Positions 11,770 through 24,850 are shown, numbered from the whole stretch's first letter. The stretch is 63,951 nucleotides of DNA, filler included, from Dicyema japonicum (GCA_011109175.1; 5 parts of 5 records of this genome joined end to end with filler, not necessarily neighbours in it); one strand, 5' to 3'. Notes: generated from the letters alone by a model not told the origin. Translations and numbers: made by a program.

Positions 11770-12040
11770 TTTTTATGCATTTTTTTGAAAATTTTCAACT
11801 GCAATCTCTATTGCTTATGATGTTTGATGATCTAATTCAATTTCTATACGAGAAAATCCCAAACTTTGACCATAAAACTAACTTTAGTTGTAACCCAAAT
11901 TCGAATACAAACCCTAATTATATTTTGACTTCAAACTCTAACATTAACCAAACCTAATTTAAACCCTAACATAAACCCTCATTCTAACTCTAATTCTAAC
12001 CCTAGCTGTGGATCAAAATATCAATCCAATTATTGGATTC
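11770..12040 (-). repeat. Second copy of the telomere-like repeat segment (AACCCT/AACTCT-rich)
   Basis: Diverged reverse complement of 9240-9490. Confidence 0.8.
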
Positions 12041-12955
12041 GGANCAGCCGAAAAATTCAAAATATTCCTGAAAAACTATCTTAAAACTAAATTCCTAGCT
12101 ACAAAAGTATGAGAATTATCTCAAATAAGTAAATTACAATTGAAGTTTACCTAGGCATTTAATGGAAGTATTTGGAACGATAGTAAAGTACCCATCCGCA
12201 ACTAAAAAAATTTTATCTAAGTTATTATCATCTGTGAATTTAAAGTAATTAATTAAATGATTCAGACAGTCCTTTTTCTATTTCTCATACTTCCCCGCTG
12301 TATCATTGGGAACCAAGTCAGACTCGGGACCGACAAGGCTTTGATAGATAACAAGTGACATAAATTATCATCCAAGGAGTACTCAATTAATTAAAAGATG
12401 TGATCCTTTTTAATGTGTTGCAACATTGGCCCTCTCAAGTGATCACCCACTCCAAACGAATTCAAGCAAATCAACAAAACGAAAATTTTATTTTGCACTT
12501 CTTTTACCTTCCAAAACGAACTTTACGGCAATCTCAATCTTTCGTTGACTTGCAAACTAACTTGTCACCAAAAAGGATTTTCTGAATCACTGGATTGGAC
12601 TCTAATTAATAATCTACAAAAATAGGAGTAAATGATTTATTTTACTTTGAATCCTATATTTCTTATATTTTAAATAACAATATTCCAGTGTTGTTTGTAC
12701 AAAACTTTGTTAACACTTCCTACCAAATTGAGTTAATAGTAATATAAACTATAAGAAATTTATCATAATAGTTATTTCATCTTAATAATTTTTTACATTA
12801 TTATATTTGAAATTATTTATTATTTTCGAAAAATATTTGACAATTACTTATTCTAGTTAGACCCTATCAGTATTGTTAGGTGATAAAACTCATTTTTTTA
12901 ATAAAAATAAATTATTAATTATTTTTCATAATTTAAAATATTTATCAGTAATCGA

Positions 12956-14979
12956 ATGAGCTGTCGTTCTATCAAGTCTCCACGGGACAATATGTCATTC
13001 AATACAGCTTCCAAGAATAATAAAAATCGACTTTGGAAGAGGATTAAATTTAAGCATTCGAAACTTGATCCTGACTTTGAAGCTTCGGAACTGATAAAAT
13101 ATTATCCCCGATTACAAGAAATTACTCCAAGTCATTCTCCATTAAGACCTTTCTCTGAAAATAATGCAGAAGACATTGTTTTGAGTAAACCGGAGGAAGT
13201 CTTGTTGACATATCGAACAGATAATTTAATGGGAGTCGGTCTGTGTAATCAGAGGAACTCTTGTTATATTAATTCCGTTCTTCAATGTCTGAGATACACT
13301 CCGCCTTTGTTTAACTACCTTGAAACAGATTCTCACTTTAATTATTGTTATCTTTTATTTTGCTTAGTTTGAAGGTAAAAAACGTGCAGAGAATTTGTTT
13401 TGTTTGATGTGCGAAATGAAAAATCATTTTATCCGTACAATGGAAGGCAATGCTTTTTTCCCAAAAAATATTGTCACAAATCTTCACAGTTTAATCCGTA
13501 TTTTTATTTTAATAGAAATTGCTCAAAATTTTGATTTGAATCAGCAACAAGATGCTCACGAATTTCTAAGGTTTTTACTTGAGGAAATGCATAAATGTTG
13601 TACTTTTGGGCACAAAAATTTGTATTTTTTACAAAAAATTGACCAAAATTTTAGACAGAAATCATCTGAAATAACGAGCATCATTTATAGAATTTTCTGT
13701 GGGTTTCTCTGCAGTCAAGGTGTTCGAGTTTCTTTTAGTACATTAGTTGTTTGCGATGTTTGCGGAACTATCTCAAATACATTTGACCCCTTTTTTGACC
13801 TGGCCACTGATATTCGAGTATTCCGTTTGATATTCATTTCAAAGCTGAATTCTTCTCTCGCTGATGGGTTAATGAGTTTTTTCTCTGAGGAACATCTCAG
13901 TGAAGAAAATAGTTACTCCTGTGAACGGTAAGTTAATCTNCATTAGTTGTTTGCGATGTTTGCGGAACTATCTCAAATACATTTGACCCCTTCTTTGACC
14001 TGGCCACTGATATTCGAGTATTTCGTCTGATATTCATTTCAAAGCTGAATTCTTCCCTCGCTGATGGGTTAATGAGTTTTTTCTCTGAGGAACATCTCAG
14101 TGAAGAAAATAGTTACTCCTGTGAACGGTGAGTTAATCTAATTTTTAGTAAATTTAAAAAATAATGCACTTAATTACTATTTAATTCAAATTATTGTATA
14201 TAATAGGTGTAAGAAGACAGTTCCTGCTACCAAAAAGATGTCATTCAAGCAGCCCCCGAATTTATTAACATTCCAGCTAAAAAAGTTCAAATTTTTTCAA
14301 ATAAAAAATAGATTTTCATATGATAACAGTAATTCCCAAAAAGTGACTAAGAAAATTAATTTTGATCAGACACTCGATATAAGACCATATATGAGTGACA
14401 ATATCGTAATATTCCATTTTAATATTTGCAGGGCGTTCCTGAGCTTTACAATCTTTACGCTGTGATTGTACATCAAGGGGTAGGTATTAGACAAGGACAT
14501 TATTTTTCTTATGTGCGGTCTGCTTCCGATGTTTGGTATATGGCTAATGACCGTGATGTAAGAAATTTGATACTTTAATATTTCAGATTCAAGTTATAAC
14601 TTTGAATACTGTAATGAATTCAAATCCGTATTTACTGTTCTATATCAGAACTGGTGAGCCAGTCATTTTGAATTATTTGCAGCACGATGTATTGTCAATT
14701 GTGTTAATAATTTAGAATTGTCCTCCTAAAAAATTGGAATATTCAGAAACATGTGATTTTTTTTCGTCATTATTGTCGGATTCTGTGAAAGTTACTTGTG
14801 ACAACATTGAGTGCAAGATTCGTATAAAAATATGTCCAACCTCTCCAAAAGTAATGAATGTTGAGTATTTATTGATTTAGTCGCACAATGCCGTCGAATC
14901 TAAATCTAAAAAACGGTTAAAATTAAAAAATGAAGGAAATTCTAATAAAAATGTACATTTTGATTGTTTAATTATTTAG
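12956..14979 (+). CDS. USP36: Ubiquitin-specific protease, USP36/USP42/USP17 family, about 11 introns
   Basis: Cys box GLCNQRNSCYINSVLQCL, QQDAHEFL, His box GHYFSYV..WYMAND, PYLLFY; introns 13347-74, 13489-515, 13622-54, 13720-46, 13818-44, 14285-311, 14406-31, 14558-86, 14689-715, 14851-80; assembly duplication around N13940; USP36 vs USP42 and the exact 3' end are uncertain. Confidence 0.8.
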
Positions 14980-15199
14980 TTAAAATTTAATGAAAGAGGT
15001 GTCAAATTTCTTTTGATTATTATTTATATTATTAAAATTTTGTACTGATAAGGTACCGTAATATTATTATATAATGTATTTTGTTCAATAAAATTCGCAT
15101 TTTATTAAATTTAGAAAGTTATGTTTAGGAAAATTTCCATGATGAAAAAAGTAGCCTGGGTATTTAGCTAAATAAGCGAGTAAACGGATTTTAACATTA

Positions 15200-16167
15200 T
15201 ATTTCACAGTATTTTACACGATCATTGCATATTCTATTTCAGAATATTTGAACTTTTTAAAGAGTAAAATTATTTCTTCAGTAAATTGCAATGTAGATAA
15301 CTTTTAATAATTAAGTTTACCGTGTTCTCTATATTCTAAGTTATGAATTTATATTTCTGAAACGGGTAAGAAAACCCAACTTTCTGGGCTTATACTTGAG
15401 TAGACATTATATTTTTCATCTAAATTATATTTTAAAGATTGACGTAAAGTTTGTTTTGTATATAAGCACAGGGATCTACTATATAGTTTTCCATTTTCTT
15501 ACCATGCGTAGACCAAGTTTATGATCTTTGCAATACCCAATAAGATTAACTGCATCTGTCTCATTAATTAATTTCAATTTATATTTAACGGAATAGCTTT
15601 TCGATGAAACTATATTGCACTGAAAGTAATATTTACTTTTTAATATGTAATTGCTTTAAAATTTAAAAATAAATATGGCTTATATTCGAGTAGGTATCCT
15701 ATTTTCAATTTATTTGAAAATTCCGCATGGTTCGAATATTTCCACTTTTTTAGTTTCTCTACGTGCACGGACACATTTTCGAAGACGAATATAGTTGACT
15801 CCGCAAGCAGTCCAGGTTCAGCCGCTAAGAAGGCTGAAGAATATAAAATCTTGAAATATTTTAGCCTGTCAGACGACGTGATCTTTTTCCTAATTTCCGT
15901 AAAAACATCCGGAACCATGAGAAATAAATCTCTTGAACTCGTTGGAAATTCGGGCAATTGATCTGCAGAAGACGAAGAGAGCCTCGGGAGAAGCAATGGA
16001 TGTTCCAAAGAATCTCCATTGCGATTCCGAGGGGCAACGTCTTCTCAATCATAAGCAGTTTTAGATTGAAATTAACCGGATTCAAAAAAAATGTCATTTC
16101 GTTTTTCTAGTTATCCCATAGAAAGTCATTAAGATACAATGTACAAAAAGAAGTTTTTCACAATCAT
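15200..16167 (-). CDS. Multi-exon hypothetical protein
   Basis: 122-aa ORF 15640-16008 plus flanking coding-like segments separated by short GT-AG candidates; no family recognised; boundaries approximate. Confidence 0.4.
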
Positions 16168-16289
16168 AGAGTGTAGTTTATTAGGCTGTGTCTTAAAATT
16201 GTCTTATAAATTCAAATATTTTGAAATTATGTTTTTTATAAATTTAAACTATTTTCAATTTTTAAACAGATTCAATGTTGTGGTATTAA

Positions 16290-18283
16290 ATGGGTAAACT
16301 CGATCTCGATATTTCTGATAAAGAAGACTTAAATATAAACGAATCATACGCTAATAATTACAATCAATGGAGAGAAAAGGAAGAACTTCAGAAATGTAAA
16401 GAATAAAAGCATACCTTAATCTCTTAGTAAAAGATCGTTATGGCAATCCTTCAGAAAATGAGACATCTTCTCAAACAGAAGATGACTGTGCCATACAATT
16501 GACTCCACAAGTTGACGAGGAATGGATGAGACTTTACGCAACTGCCAAGTTCTCAACTGCAGAACTCTACAACAAAGACCTTAAGTTTTTCGGCAATTCA
16601 TTTTTTGAAATAATTTTCAACATAGAAAATCAAAAAAGTGAGGGAAGTGAACCTAAACCCACCAAAAAACGTGAAAAGCCTCTGCTCTTCAAAGAGTACG
16701 AAAGAAGGCGTATTTTTAACGGGGAAGAACCTCAGGATACTTACATGACGAAAATAGTGACTGGATCCTATGTCGACGAACAAAATAAACTCAAGGAAAA
16801 GTTTATAAATTAAGAATATTGTTTTTAGTATTAAACAATTTGTCGGTGATAGCGACGAGGATTTTTTGACCAAAAAAAAGCCGAATCAAGATAAAACCGT
16901 GTTTAATTTTTGACTAAAGAAATTAGAATAAAGACGACGAGGAATATATACAATTTCTTAAATCGGACCATCCAGATCGTTCTCGAAAATTCAGTCAGCT
17001 GGTTTTCTTACTGTGTTTACTGTAGGAATCCTTAAGGGACTATTGGCAGTCTCAAAAAATATCTGAAAATGATAAATTTTTGCGAGATTATTTGCTTAAT
17101 CGAAAGTATCTCGTGGATGAGGATGACAGTGATACTGAATATAAAATAAATTTTTCTGACTCTGATTCTGCCGAGGAAGATAAACAAGACGAATTCGAGA
17201 AAAACTATAACTTTAGGTTTGAAGAGCCAGACGGTTGTCAGGTATAGTTTTTTGCGTGTTCTATTCGATGATTGTCGTTATTTTATTACGGGTTAGATTA
17301 AGTGACTATTGTTGACTAGTCCTAATGATATTGGTATTGTTAATTTTTTCTCAGATTAAATCTTATCCACGAAAAATCACCGATTCTATCCGTCCTGTGA
17401 ATCATCGGCGAAGTGAAGCCCGCCTGAAAGCAAAGGAAAGGAAAGAAACAAGGGAAAATAAGAAAAAGGAAGAATTAAAACGACTCAGAAGTCTTCAGAG
17501 GAAGGAAGAAGCTGCTAAAGTATCCAAATTAAGGTCTCTCAGTGGAAATCAGGATTTTGACACGAGTCACGTGTTTGGAGATTTCGATCCAGAAGAACAT
17601 GACCAACAAATGGATGTTTTGTCCCATTTTATTAATTTTAGAAAATTTTTGGTGATAATTTCTATAATATTCCGATCATTGAAAAAAAACCAAAATTTTC
17701 TTCTTCCTCTGAAGATGAAACATTAGAAAATTTACAGAGCAAACGGGCACTTCGCCGAGAAGCCGTTAAAACTCGAATGATGGTCTCTGAGGATACAATT
17801 CCTCCACCTCCAAATAGATTTTCCTATAGAAATGTGCCTGAATGTGATTTCGGTCTATCACTCGAAGAAATCCTTAATGCGGATTATAAAGAGTTGAATC
17901 AGTGGGTTTCCCTAAAGAAGATGGTTCAGTATAGGACTGATGAAGAGGAATATAATGATAAGAAGATGTTTGAGAAACGACAGAAAAAACATAAGCTGAA
18001 GCGACATATATTTAAGTCATTGACAGGGATTGAACAGAATCAAGAAGTTGATCATGTTACTGATGGAAATGACCAACATGATCCCACCATTGATGTCAAG
18101 AATGAGTCAAATATTGTTGAGAAGAATTCGAAAATAAAAACAAAAAGAAAGATGAGTAATAATGCTGGGTTGAATGATGACCGTCTATTTGCTTATGGGT
18201 TTGATCCTAAGAAGTTTCGACATTTACAAAATGCTAAAAAGCGGAAAAAATCTTTCCAGGGTAGAGAGGATGATACAAATTAA
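16290..18283 (+). CDS. KRI1: KRI1 homolog (40S ribosome biogenesis)
   Basis: INESYANNYNQWREKEELQK/LKDRYG; FLRDYLLN; FEKNYNFRFEEPD; IKSYPR; RFSYRNV..FGLSLEEILNADYKELNQWVSLKK; introns of 24-33 nt plus one of 113 nt (17242-17354). Confidence 0.92.
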
Positions 18284-18739
18284 ACTATGTCGTGATCTGA
18301 ATTAAATTTTATCTGTATGAAAATGTTGTTTAGATAATAAAAATTGATTAGTGTTTATCTTAAAATCGCTACTTCTAGTTTTCTATGCATTTGGAGTGCA
18401 GTGGACTGGAAATAAAAGTTTGAAGCCAGTACTTTGTTGCAAATATCGAAATTAATCAAAGTTTATTTTTCTCATCATGTTCAATTAAACATTAATTTAA
18501 AAATGATGCATCAGTTTTTTCCCACAATTAAAAGGTCTTATAGACATTTGTACGGAGTAAAATAAGACTAGTTAAATTAGTCGGGAAATCTAACATGCTA
18601 GTTGATTAAAAATAAATGAGTACCTTAAGTACCGTTTTTTTAATAATTTGGTGATAAATAAGTCCCGTGTAATTCTTCTCGGCTTCTACTGTCAACGTCG
18701 TCTGGCCAATGTTCCTGGAGACTGAAACAAATTGATCAA

Positions 18740-19200
18740 AGCAACAGTAAGCGGTGAATCGTGTTGTCGCCCTGGCGGACAAATTGTGACTCGAAAGATA
18801 TCTCAATGGCAAGATAAAACAGACGTACTGAGCTGTATCAGCTGTGCAATATTTTTTGGTACTGTGTGTTAGGCTACAGAGACAATGAAGGAAATCTTCA
18901 TATACTCGAGAGATCTCCCTATATTTTCCTCGGGTAGACTTGAATTCTTCTTATTATAAAAGGATGAATAAAAAGATGGAAGTGCATCGATCGAAATATG
19001 AATTTAACATTGGAGATAGTGTATTCAATTTATAATTACTTGAAAGGTTCGTATTCCGAAGAACTGTGGAATTAATCCTTCACTACATCTGCAAAGGTTT
19101 GAGCATCCCTACGGAGATACTGTCACTATTGTTGCAAAATTGTCCAACAATTTTCTAAGTGTTAAAGATAATAATAAGGCACTTTCCGCATAGCCGAGGC
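18740..19200 (+). CDS. Hypothetical multi-exon protein (partial)
   Basis: Frame can be kept open across three short GT-AG candidates (..SCIS/CYRDNEGNLHILERSPYIFL/GMNKK..GDS/VRIPKNCG..); family not recognised. Confidence 0.3.
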
Positions 19201-19329
19201 ACGTATAACTGCCAAAACTACGCTCAGGCAAGCCACACAGTATTTGCAAGAGCAAGATAACAAGTTAATAATGCTAATTAATCCGAATTGAGAAGTGAGG
19301 TTCGAATTGAGGAAAGGTGTCTCTTGTCT

Positions 19330-19565
19330 TTGGAGTTTTCTTTTATTGAAGTGTGGCTGTCGCAGATTAGGAAGCTCATGACGTCTCATTCGGATTCCAA
19401 ATGCTGTTTGGAATCCTCGCGTGATGAGACGTCTATGACGGCGTCACTCATCAAAACCAGAATGGAGCTTCCGGCACAGGCATCCTCTGAGATATTCTTT
19501 GTTTATTTTATAATCGAACCCGAGACCAAGAGATTTGGCGACCGGTTCTTAACCATTCAGCCACC
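19330..19565 (-). mobile_element. tRNA-derived SINE-like element (variant with a long hairpin)
   Basis: Box A TGGCTGAATGG, box B GGTTCGATT; core TGGTTTTGATGAGTGACGCCGTCAT shared with the SINE at 43265; 3' boundary approximate. Confidence 0.6.
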
Positions 19566-20508
19566 ATTAAAGATAGTGAGGGAATAGTGAGGAAGGTGCA
19601 TTTTAAACGCCTTAAAAGATAATTAACAATAATTAGTTAATGCTTACTAAATACTTCTCTCAGCTGCGTGGGTAACGAAAACTTGTTAGTCTGCTGCTAG
19701 TGCTGTTCTCGGGAGATCTTCCTGTCGGCATAATCGCTGGAGCAATTTTCCTCACCGAGCAAAGAGGAAAATGACGTTCTTTCGTACGTTACACACAGAT
19801 TCGAGGTAAAGCGACGATTAACGCATAGAACTGGTAGACAATCCATTTCTAGGAATCCTGAGAGGTCTTTTGAATATCTGCAGAAGAGCGGATTAAATCC
19901 GGTCTTTCCGGGTCGTGCAATCTATCGATTTCGCAATGATAGAAACGATATTTGTATATTCAGAGAAAGAATTTGAAAATTTAACCAATTTTGGAAATTT
20001 TTGTCTTTTATAGGTTCTAAGATAATTTTTTGATTCACATAGTTCCATTCTATTGAATAGAAATTTATTACAGATAACATTATGTTCCCAAGAACGTTTC
20101 CCATTTAAATAATCATATTATGTTTTATATATTTCTCAAAATTGCTTTTCATTACAACATTAATGAATCTCTCAGATATTCTTTGTTTATTTTATAATTG
20201 AACGTCACCTTAGTAATTCGAACTTGACAAGTTCTTACAGACATGGTAAAAAATTAAAAATTAATAAACATTAAGATCAATTTTTAAAACCTTTATTATC
20301 ATTCTAAGAGCGATTAATTTAGATACGAGATTCCATGATTGCGAAAAGTTTTTTGAGCTTTATTTTTAAATAATTCCAAAAATTGGAAAAGAACGTCGGT
20401 TAAACTGATTTTTCTCTTTTACAACATAATTTTAGATTTGTTTTAAATTCCTAGAAATTGATTTAATGAGTGAAGGGAACATTACATTTTAAAAATCAGA
20501 AACAAAAA

Positions 20509-21239
20509 TTATTTAAAATATTTTGACATAAATTTCTTGTGAAATTCCGAGCGTATGCTATCATTAATAAATTCGGGCTTTTGTTTATTAGTCTCTTTTG
20601 CACAATTTTTAAAAACCACGTCATCATCCCATCTAAAATAACACAATCTCAAATACTTTGCCTTGACTCTAAAATCACTCTTCCCTTCCAAATCGCCCGA
20701 AAGTGAAATGAGGGGATTTCCTCGCATTATATTTTCATTCCTTATTTTCTGCTCCTCAAGCTCTTTCTCCATGTTCTGTAAACAGTAACCAAATTTAGTA
20801 AAACCATTTTCTTGGCCTCTTCCATTCGTTCTTTTTTGATTTTATTCAGTTCTGACATTAACTGTGCTGTTTCATCTCCATCAGAGGAATCGTCGGAATC
20901 AATCCCACCCTCGTCAATGGGGTCATCTTCGTCCAAATTCACATCTTCCAACTTTAGTCTCTTCTCACTGCCAGGAGTCTCTTCCAATTGCCCATCAATT
21001 TTGTGTTTGTGGAATAATTCCTTCTCTTCCAATACTTGTTTCATGTCAATCGATTTCAAATCTTCTTGGCAAGATTGGCCTTTTTGACTAATAAATATTT
21101 GTTAGATATTTTACAATACCGAAATTTTAGCTTTAGTTGACTGGGTAAGTCTCTGGCGGAAAATTGTCTCGTCAGAGAACCAAGATCATTCTCCATCCGA
21201 GAACCGCTTCCTTTAGCGTGATCAAAAGTGGGGCGCCCA
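20509..21239 (-). CDS. CWC15: Spliceosome-associated protein CWC15 (start lies in the N gap)
   Basis: RPTFDHAKG..SARDLPSQLKLKFR; LMSELNKIKKER; GNPL; WDDDVVFKNCAK..FINDSIRSEFHKKFMSKYFK; introns 21088-119, 20776-804, 20633-656. Confidence 0.95.
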
Positions 21240-21528
21240 NNNNNNNNNNNNNNNNNNNNNNNNNNNNNNNNNNNNNNNNNNNNNNNNNNNNNNNNNNNNN
21301 NNNNNNNNNNNNNNNNNNNNNNNNNNNNNNNNNNNNNNNNNNNNNNNNNNNNNNNNNNNNNNNNNNNNNNNNNNNNNNNNNNNNNNNNNNNNNNNNNNNN
21401 NNNNNNNNNNNNNNNNNNNNNNNNNNNNNNNNNNNNNNNNNAAACTCTATCGCCATATAAAATATCTTCAAATAGGGAAAATCTTTTCAACTATTTTTAA
21501 AAAAGGAAGGAAGAAGCACGCTACACTC

Positions 21529-21646
21529 CAAACCGAAACCCTAACCCAAATCGTAATCCAAACCCTAAGCCCAACCCTAATTTCACCCCTATTCCGGACC
21601 CTAATCCGAACCCTAACCACTACCCTAACCCCAGCCCTAATCCTAA
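21529..21646. repeat. Degenerate telomere-like (CCCTAA)n tract
   Basis: About 20 hexamers such as AACCCT/AATCCA/AGCCCT in phase, several exact CCCTAA. Confidence 0.85.
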
Positions 21647-21779
21647 AAAATTAAAAATAATTGATTTTAACGGCATTAACGCCACTTTAACGTCATTAAC
21701 GGAAGTCTTAAGTCGACGAGGTTTACCTCGTTTTTGAAAATCCGTGTTACTCGGGTTATTTAAGATAGCACTGAGTCTA

Positions 21780-23576
21780 TGAGAACGGACAAAACTAATT
21801 TAATCGTATTTTTTCTATATTTCGGTTTTTTTTCATGTAGAAAAAAATTATAATTAAAAACACAAAGAAAAATGAAAGTAAAGTGCAGAATCTACTAAAG
21901 CACTATGCCTTTCTTACACGATTCATAGCAACATTTTTGATGTCTCCATCTTTCGTACGTACTGTTAGAATGTTGTTCGCACATATATTTATGATCCGCA
22001 CTTTATCGCTGTATAGGCTTTCAAATTTTTGAAGCCGCAACGAGGGATTCGTTCCAACATCTTTCAAAATACGTAACTGTTAATAGAAAGTGCATATTTT
22101 ATAACCTCTTCGCCTATTTTAAAGGAATATTTTGAGCAGTGGACACCCATTTTTTGGTTCATTCTTTTAAAATAATTAGTACTTAAATTAAGTGGACTAT
22201 ATCTAAACGTAAATTCTATTTTTTTTATTTTAATTTTGTGAAAACCTGTCTTGGCACAGTTCAAGTCTACCGAATTGTCTACAGTTTCTGGGAAATCTTT
22301 AAACTATTAAATTTTATGCAATGTTAATCACCTATCTCTGATATACACTGTGTTGTATCCATATTTTTCTCAATCGTAGAATCCACAATGATAGAATTGA
22401 ATCCCGAAATACCGCGATATCTTTTAAATGGAGTCTCACCCTAAATATGATTATGTATTTAAAACCTGTTGAACTATGATTACTAAAATTGTAAAAATTT
22501 ACAGCCTGACGGATGTGTTTAATCCAACACTTCTTTGGGTCATCCGTTAACATTTTAGCTAATTTGCGAGTTATTGTTTGGTTAAATCTTTCGATAATTC
22601 CTTGACTTCGTGGATTGTTAGGACGTGAATGAATTTGGATAATTCCAAAATTCTGACAGACCGCAGTTACATGTGAATTCTTGAATTCTGTGCCATTGTC
22701 CGATTGAAGATAGCGACATGCTCCAGAATTAATAAAAATATCCTCCAATTTCTCTGCAACTTGTATTCCACTTTTGTATTTTAGGTTTCTTGTGAAAGCA
22801 TATTTTGAATATATGCCTATCACGGTGAGAAGCCATGAAAAGCATTCATTATCGTCTTTAAATCTTAAAATTGAGTTTTAATTTATTACCTTTTGAGGTC
22901 TATTAAATCTATTTGGAACCTTTCGTTCGGCCTTTCAGCTATCACGTGATTTTCTGCATCAGATTCCTATAATCGATTTGCGAACTTGCAAATAGCACAG
23001 TTCCTAACAACTTGTCTGATTATTTTTCTTTTGACGAAAAAAAATCTTTGTCGGCAGTACACTTCTATTTGTCCACAATGTGTTAATTCATGGACCTCTA
23101 CAGCGACAATGCGCATTTCTTCTGAATTATCGCAAGTCATAACTAATTTGTCGCATTCTGGATCTTTTAAATAAAGTCTACCTATTATATACTTTATTTA
23201 CTTATTGAAAACCATGTTTGATTATAAACTTGGTTGCCTTTTTTCTCGCTCTGCATAACTTATACGATTTTGTAATAGGCGGCCTGTTACCCAAAAGAAT
23301 TTGAGTCAATAAGTCGTATTCTTGATAGTTTTTTACAAACAAACGGGACATAAGCAAAAATTAACACGCTTGAAATATTAATTTAAAAAATAATAGTCAA
23401 ATACAATTTTAAAATAATAAAACTATTAGTTTGTGTGCTAAGATAGTAATATTTAAGCTTAGTTTTGATAGGAATATATACTTTGTGCGTAACGATATTG
23501 CAAGTTGTGCGGTTACCATGGAAACGAAATAATCAATATTGAGTTTTGCGCATAGTTGCAAGTTGTGCATGTGACA
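21780..23576 (-). mobile_element. Ginger-like integrase DNA transposon (HHCC + DDE core), with introns, decayed
   Basis: ATG about 23352; HELTH..CAIC; ERFQIDLIDLK/RF (intron 22864-22889); QSDNGTEFKN; HSRPNNPRSQGIIERFNQT; YN..HSSTG.TPF; upstream terminus TGTCACATGCACAAC at 23576; no RT or gag. Confidence 0.85.
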
Positions 23577-23618
23577 TATTATCTCTAATAAAAAAAAATT
23601 ATTATTACGCATTGCGGC

Positions 23619-24830
23619 ATGGTTTTAGTGAAGCTTTTTCTGCATGAAATACAACAATTTAAAGATTATCTTAATTCTGATTGCGATCCGACATCTTTTA
23701 AAGATGTCGATAAGAAAAAAAGATACAGATTTAAAAAAATTTGGAATCTGATCCGCTTTAAAGACGGAAAAACTTACATCCTGCAGGAAGATACTGAACG
23801 TCGTTTTTTTGCGGTCGTGGAATATGAGCTAAAGCTCAAACACATTGAGGTTACCTATTGTTAAACATGGTCAGTCAGAACATAATATCGATCATTTTGG
23901 ACGAGATTGTCTATTCGACAAGCTTTGTAATCGTTATTACGATGTTACCCGAACTGAGGTTGCTCAGATTGTTTCAAAATGTGTATTTTGTCAGGTAGTT
24001 TTTTGATCTATATATGTTAGTCAAAAAAATTAATGGCTACAAAGCCTCAATTCATGAATTATGCGAAAAATATTCGACAAAACATGTTTTCGGCAGAGCA
24101 AAAGCTCCCTCGATCCAGGGTCAAGTTGAAAGGTTCAAAATTTATTTTTTAAAGAAATAGATTCAATCAATATATCAAAAGATGGATTTCTTCAACAAGT
24201 AGGTCAAGTGACCAATTTGGGCGCTATCTGAACATTCTTAAAGACATTGTCCTTGATTATAACTCCACCGTCCACGAGACAACTAAAAAATTCCGTTTTA
24301 TGTGTTCATGGGCCAGAAAAACCGTTGGGACATTCTTGAAAAAGATCGAAATGATTTGATTGGATTTGANTGACCAATTTGGGCGCTATCTGGACATTCT
24401 CAAAGATATTGTTCTCGATTATAACTCGACCATCCACGAGACAACTATAAAAATTCCGTTTTATGTGTTCATGGGCCAGAAAAACCCTTGGGACATTCCC
24501 GAAAAAGATCGAAATGATTTAATTGGATTTGAAGAGCAAGAAGAAATTGTTAATGCGCGTAAAATTGCTTATGAAAACATTCTTGTGGCGGCAGACAAAA
24601 TGATCAAAAGACGAAAGTGGAAATAGGACAAAGATCCAATAATTGAGGGAAATCGTGTGATTATAAGAACTGACTCAGACGCAAATCGACTAAAGCTGCC
24701 TCTATATGATGGGCTAGATGCTACACTGTCTTATGTCAGTACCGTTTACAAGGATTTATATGTTCTGGAAGATGATAAAGGAAATATTCTAACGGACGTA
24801 CATATTTCGAGGCTGAAAAAGCTTAGTTGA
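23619..24830 (+). mobile_element. Second Ginger-like integrase gene, divergent from the previous one, internally deleted
   Basis: KHIE/SEHNIDHFGRD..CVFCQ/ ; PSIQGQVE/RFNQ; YNSTVHETT..PFYVFMG; introns 23850-74, 23995-24020, 24133-60. Confidence 0.75.
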
Positions 24831-24850
24831 CTTTGTTTTAGACATTTTTT

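Noticed and set aside
9240-12040. Large inverted repeat enclosing ARP3, suggesting gene capture
   Set aside because: The two arms lie on different contigs separated by the linker at 9710
13741-14140. Apparent exon duplication in USP36, and similar duplications at N24370, N31064, N34171, N35649, N37061 and N49489
   Set aside because: Each junction is a single N between near-identical overlaps, typical of unmerged contig or haplotype ends
21529-21646. True telomere
   Set aside because: Internal, short and degenerate
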